From assembly GCA_002269645.1 (NCBI GenBank), contig NIVC01000657.1:124001-188000 (forward strand): a DNA stretch of 64,000 nucleotides, read 5' to 3'. Both the position numbers and the translations under genes were made by a program. Below the pieces are notes generated by a model, which ran no database searches, was not told the DNA's origin, and saw nothing but the letters and a program-made list of their open reading frames with translations. This document shows positions 59,201 to 64,000 of this stretch, piece by piece (the stretch's first letter is position 1; every line of letters starts with the position of its first letter). Origin of the DNA: Macrostomum lignano. Its lineage: Eukaryota.

Positions 59201-59824
59201 GCCCTAGGGACATACAGAGTGACACTGAAACTAACTATTAGCTAATATTAATAAGGTCTTGAGTCTTATTTATATAATTACAATTCAAAAAAGTATTTTG
59301 ATATACTAAAAAGTACACTTTGTATAGCCAGGATTTCTTACTTCGAATTTACTTATTTTTAGAAAAAAGTACATTACAGCACCTGCGCAGAGACTCTTTA
59401 GACAACCCTATGATCTCTCCCTATACCTTAGAAAAGAAAACTTTAAGATTACACTCTCTTTCCTAGAAAAAAATGCTGGAATGTACGGTTTGTGTTGATT
59501 GACAACAAGCAGTAAAACAACAAAAAAGTTTTTTTTAACAGTTTAAACGCTCATTTTACAAAAAAATGTTTATTAAAGAGTTAATTGAAAAATATTAAAC
59601 TCTTCGCTGAGCCAAAATTATCTAACGCAAACACCTTACACCGGATAGAGGCTAAATTTTATCCATTAATTTATGTCCTACTAGCTATAGCTATGAGGAG
59701 TGTTTATAATATTTTCGGAAATATGCACTTCTAGTCATCAAAAAAGCTGGTTTTTCACGCGCATATTCTTTAACTGTTTTAAATCTTCTTAGCATGATTT
59801 CCAGCTGTCACATTAGCTGTCACA

Positions 59825-60472
59825 TTCTTCTTCTTCAGCGCTCCGAAACGCACGAGGGCCAGCGCCCCATGCTCCGTAGGAGCGAAAGAGCCAAGCCCGG
59901 CTCGGCGATGAGGTGCTCCACTTCAGTGCCGACAGGCGTATGCGGTGCGCGTCCCCCCCTCGGGCAGTTGAAAATCGCGTGTAGGCTCGAATCCGGTGCC
60001 CCGCAATCCTGGCAGAGCGGAAGTCCGTCAGGCCGAAACGATGTCGGACCTCGGCGCCCAGCATGGAAGAACAGGCTCGGAGTTGGCAGGCCGCTGTGTG
60101 CTTGGCCCGACTTCTGGGACTTTGTTCGCTCCCAGGCTCTGCGGCCCGCCATCTGACGCGCCCTGCTCTAACTGTGACTGTCATATGCGGGGTCGCGTAC
60201 TTTGTTGTTTGTTGTTGTTGTTGGTGTGAAAAGTCGGCTAGGCCGGTGGCATGACGCTGTCATCAAGGCGAATAGCGGCCTTGGCGGTACTGAGCGAAAT
60301 GGCAGCCGAGGTTTGCGGCAGGCGGGCTGCGGCATTTGCGGTTCCGTCCGCGGCTTCATTAGCGGGTATGCCACAGTGGGCAGGGACCCAGGCGAGGTCG
60401 ATGTCGTTGTAGTCGCAGGTGCCCAGGTTGATGAGGTTGTTGATGAAGCCAGCAAGATAGGCCGCTGTTCCT
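59825..60472 (-). mobile_element. 5'-truncated, frameshifted non-LTR retrotransposon (I-group/Ingi-like): RNase H end, CCHC motif, (GAA)n tail
   Basis: LAWVPAHCGIPANEAADGTAN (RNase H), QLRACSSMLG..RHRFG, CQDCGAPDSSLHAIFNCP, and a TTC repeat at 59825-59836. The pieces lie in three different frames. Confidence 0.85.
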
Positions 60473-61059
60473 TGCTGTATACATCCAAAGGGATTTATCC
60501 TTAAATAAACTAGCTCGTACATGTACTCGTAGCTTAATTTTGACAGCAATATCATCATCTCATCCCTGCGAGAGCCTTTTCATCTCAGCAACTCCCTAAT
60601 CAGCCTTGACATCTCAGCCATACCCCATGAGCCTTAATAGCCGGACAGCTCAGCGATTCTACCTGTGAGACACAGCATTTCAAAAATTTCTTCCAGCTTT
60701 TCAGTCAGAGCAAAATGTTTTACCTTGAAGTACACCCGATCAAAAATACTTTCTTTCTTAGAGTTTTTTATTTTTAATCCTATAAAAAATGAAGCAATTT
60801 CTTGGTAAAATTACGTGTACCAGCGCGTTATCAATGCGCATAGAATATTCTGCAAAACCAAACGAAAATCGGTTCCCGCAGTGTCATGTTAAACCAAAGT
60901 TCTCAAGCATAGATACAGATGATACAACAATATATTGTATATTTAAAGCAGTGAACTTTGACAGCTTGGTTTTTGAAGACTGCTTCTCGGAAAAGTTTGC
61001 TAAAATATACAGCAGTATACGTTCATGTAGGGTATTGAATACTGGCTGAAAAATCATTG

Positions 61060-61357
61060 GCTATATGCAGGGGTGGGGGAGGTGGGGGTGGCCGTGGCCT
61101 CCCTTGGGTACCTCTGTAGTAGCTGCGGCGGCCCGGTATTGGCGCCCTTCTGATGTTGGTGCCCTTGGTGTTAAGCCCCTGGTGTTAAGCCCCTGGTGTT
61201 AAGCCCCTGGTATTAGCTAAAGCCCCTGGCACTAAAGCCCGGGTCGGGGGCCCCTGCACGATGACGCCCTCCGAGGAATGGCACCTCAAGTTGACCCCCT
61301 CGCGCTGGCGCCTTCAGAAGACGTGCTCTATCTAATAAAAAGTCCTGGCGACACCTG
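61060..61357. mobile_element. Possible GC-rich MITE remnant
   Basis: GC-rich island with short internal repeats (GGTGTTAAGCCCCT) and CAGG..CCTG ends; no TSD. Confidence 0.3.
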
Positions 61358-61492
61358 TGAATACATAAACTTTATTTTAATGTCTACATTTTAAGTGACA
61401 AAACAAAGTGATGCACTACTACAAGTAATACCTATTTAGCGTTTGCTTAAAGGCGAATCGCAATTAAAGTTGCAGTTACTAATGGCACATTA

Positions 61493-63853
61493 TTAGCTGT
61501 TGAAAGTGTCTTTCAGACTGGCAGTTTGCATTGGAATGCAGTCTTGCAGATTTTGTTTGAAGTCGTCAAGACTGCGCACTTCAATGCCCTGCAAAGGATA
61601 TATATGTACACGAGTACAATTAGGGCAATGGTTGAAATATTGATAAGCACTTACTGCTAGTTTATCCTGTTAAAGCTTTACGCTATTTTTACTTAGATGA
61701 CGAGACACTCAGATTTTTTAATTTGCCTGAGAGCCTAAAGGTACTGTATACCTGTAATTATTCATAACTACACGCTGAAGGCAACATTTCCAGTTTAAAA
61801 AAAAACAGAAAAGCGCATTTACACTCGTACAATGCTGCTGGCTCACCTGATAGGTAGCATAATAATCGTCCTGAGCATTAAAGGTGAACTGCTGCCTATT
61901 GATTTTGTGAACACTCAGCACACGCCTGTCTTGCGAACCCTGTTTCAGCCATTTCTAAAATATATAGTTTACAGTGATTACATGTAATACAGATATGTAC
62001 TACAATGTAAGTGGGAAGTTTTTGATTGGAAAAATCAAATAATCAAATCATTCGATTGGTACGAGCACTAGCTGATGAATAGCTTTGACATAGATATTGT
62101 ACGTCGTACATTGGGGCAGTAGTGGAAGGGCTGGGTAAATGTACATTGGGGCAGAAAGGAAAGGAGTCGAAGGACTGAGCAACAATATGTGCATTGGGGT
62201 AAGGAGTGGAAAGTCTTGGAATTAAGCACATGTACATCGGGGCAGGAGTGGAAGGACTGGGCACATCTACATTTGGGTAGAAGTGGAAGGACTGGGACAT
62301 GTACAATAGCCACACAGTACGAGCTATAACGACGTTGGTATGTATATTGCTGGGAAAATTTGTGCCAATGCGTCAAAGTCTTGAAACTTTAAACGTTCAC
62401 TTCGGATTATCGAACGCTTACTAGTGGGTAAACAACTAGACAGCTCACCTTCCAATAATTGTAAAGATCCTTTTTGCTAATTCTATCCAGAATAGCTTTG
62501 ACATTGGTGTCCAAACTATTGGTATCCCAGCTGAAATCGTAGTCGCCGCAGGTGATGTGTCGCCAGTACAGCTCATGCTGCCTGTTTAAATTTGGCGCAG
62601 TAAACAGACGTGTCGCAAGCTGCTGCACTCGACTCTTCATACCCGCCAGCTGCTCCTTGGTTATGGAATCCACTGTTTTACCGACGCATGCGATTACCAA
62701 CTCGATTGTTGTTTCAATCTGCGTGCAGATGTTTAGCAACAGGTCAATATTCATGCAGTAAAACAGCTTGCTACATGTCATTCTGAATGTAAATCCGCAA
62801 GAAAATACAGTAGCAAAATATTCTGTCAGCCAAGGTCTCAAGAAACTGGGGCACAGCGTCAAAGGGCGTGTCTCTGAATCGTCCACCGGCAGTTAAAGAA
62901 ACGCCGACTGAGAATGCCGTGTCCTTGCTGTGAATGCATATATCTACTGCATCTAATACCTAGAATAATTGCATGCAGAAGGCAGGTTGTGAGCGCGCAG
63001 GCACAACGCTTTCGACGACATGGTTCCACGGCCAATGCTCCGAGGCAATTCCGAGCGCGCCAATACTGTACGCAGGCACCCATGCACTCATTATACACAC
63101 GCTCACACAGAGTGCACAGCTTGACCTTCTAATCGTCAGGCATGTACACTCTCTGCGCCTTGGGAGTTGGTCCTCATGGCTGTGGATAGCACGACGGCTC
63201 TTCTAATGAGAAGTTCAAACCAAGAGACTTACCGCAACGGGATGCGACTCGGAGACTAGCTCAATGACGATGCAATTGGCGTTGCAGCCAATCATCGTGT
63301 CCCACCTTAAATCGCGTTTTGTACAATCGGGCAGTTTTGTACAGAGTGTCAGAGCTTCTTTCAGTAGCCACAAGCAGCACTTATGCCAGAACCGACGGAA
63401 GAAGAAGTCGTCATATTTTGACGCTTGCTTTTTTAACCCTCCCGATATCGCAGTCGGCATCTGAAGCAGCAGGCCGCAAACCGACTTGGTCAATGCAGCG
63501 TCACCTTTCTTCAACCTCGTAGTCCGGCTGGTAAGTTCGATGCTTCTGTTAGTAGCAAAGTTCAACCGGATGAAATGGTGACTGCCCCTTGGTAGGAGTC
63601 GCTCAGAACAGCGCATAAAAAATGGATCCAATCGAAACGTGTCCGCTGGACGCCGCGAAAGTGGTGGAAGAACAGCTGTAATTGAGTCAACCAGTGAGAT
63701 GACTTGCTCAGCAGTGAGATTGCCCAGCGCCAGAATCTCAGCATACAGTTCTGGCCGGCTGGGCCAGTTCTCGCGTTCCAGCGGAGTGGCATGAGCGGGA
63801 TTGGAAAAGTGATGCGCTATGAAACTTGACGGATTGATTTCCACTTCTCGGTC
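61493..63853 (-). CDS. 3' part of a divergent peptidase M16A (insulin-degrading enzyme/nardilysin-like) gene; continues beyond the window
   Basis: Exons ~63853-63233, 63125-~62960, 62718-62449, 61954-61847 and 61588-61493. EILALGNLTAEQV resembles IDE EALLHGNITKQ; YWRHITCGDYDF resembles YWGEIISQQYNF; RRVLSVH resembles RHKVSVH; SLDDFKQNL resembles NMTEFKRGL. One junction is unresolved. Confidence 0.7.
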
Positions 63854-64000
63854 TGGCTTTTGTGTTATGAGAGGAAAACATTGTGTAATTATGGTTGAGC
63901 TACAAGTCAGTGCGACAGTTTACAATCAATGGTACCTCACTCACCCAGCGTTTGCGTATCCAAGGACTGATAGTCTCGCTGGATGTGTAAAAATCCAGCC

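Overview
Eukaryotic nuclear DNA with GT-AG introns, standard code and no prokaryotic features. Genome style suggests a Macrostomum-like flatworm, but this is inference and cannot be confirmed from the sequence alone. Eight consecutive genes lie on the minus strand: LMO, an unrecognised 1206-aa protein, EEF1AKMT1, a UPF0235/C15orf40-like gene, an SLC36-like amino acid transporter, GTF3C5, IFT52 and OVCA2. They are followed by a plus-strand class A GPCR, a truncated RNase H-bearing LINE and the 3' part of a divergent insulin-degrading-enzyme-like gene. Nearly every intron and intergenic gap holds its own minisatellite or MITE, about 27 arrays in total. The most unusual observations are four. (1) A hAT-like TIR family (3 copies) carries a mimic of the conserved 28S rRNA R2/I-PpoI target region, with the cut site altered in every copy. 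(2) GTF3C5 has no ATG of its own, and its acceptor is phased so that a spliced-leader AUG would complete it. (3) A perfect TFIIIC B-box sits just upstream of that same TFIIIC-subunit gene. (4) Two unrelated transposons are stacked at one 8-bp target. All exon structures and alignments were made by eye from recalled family motifs; no searches were run.
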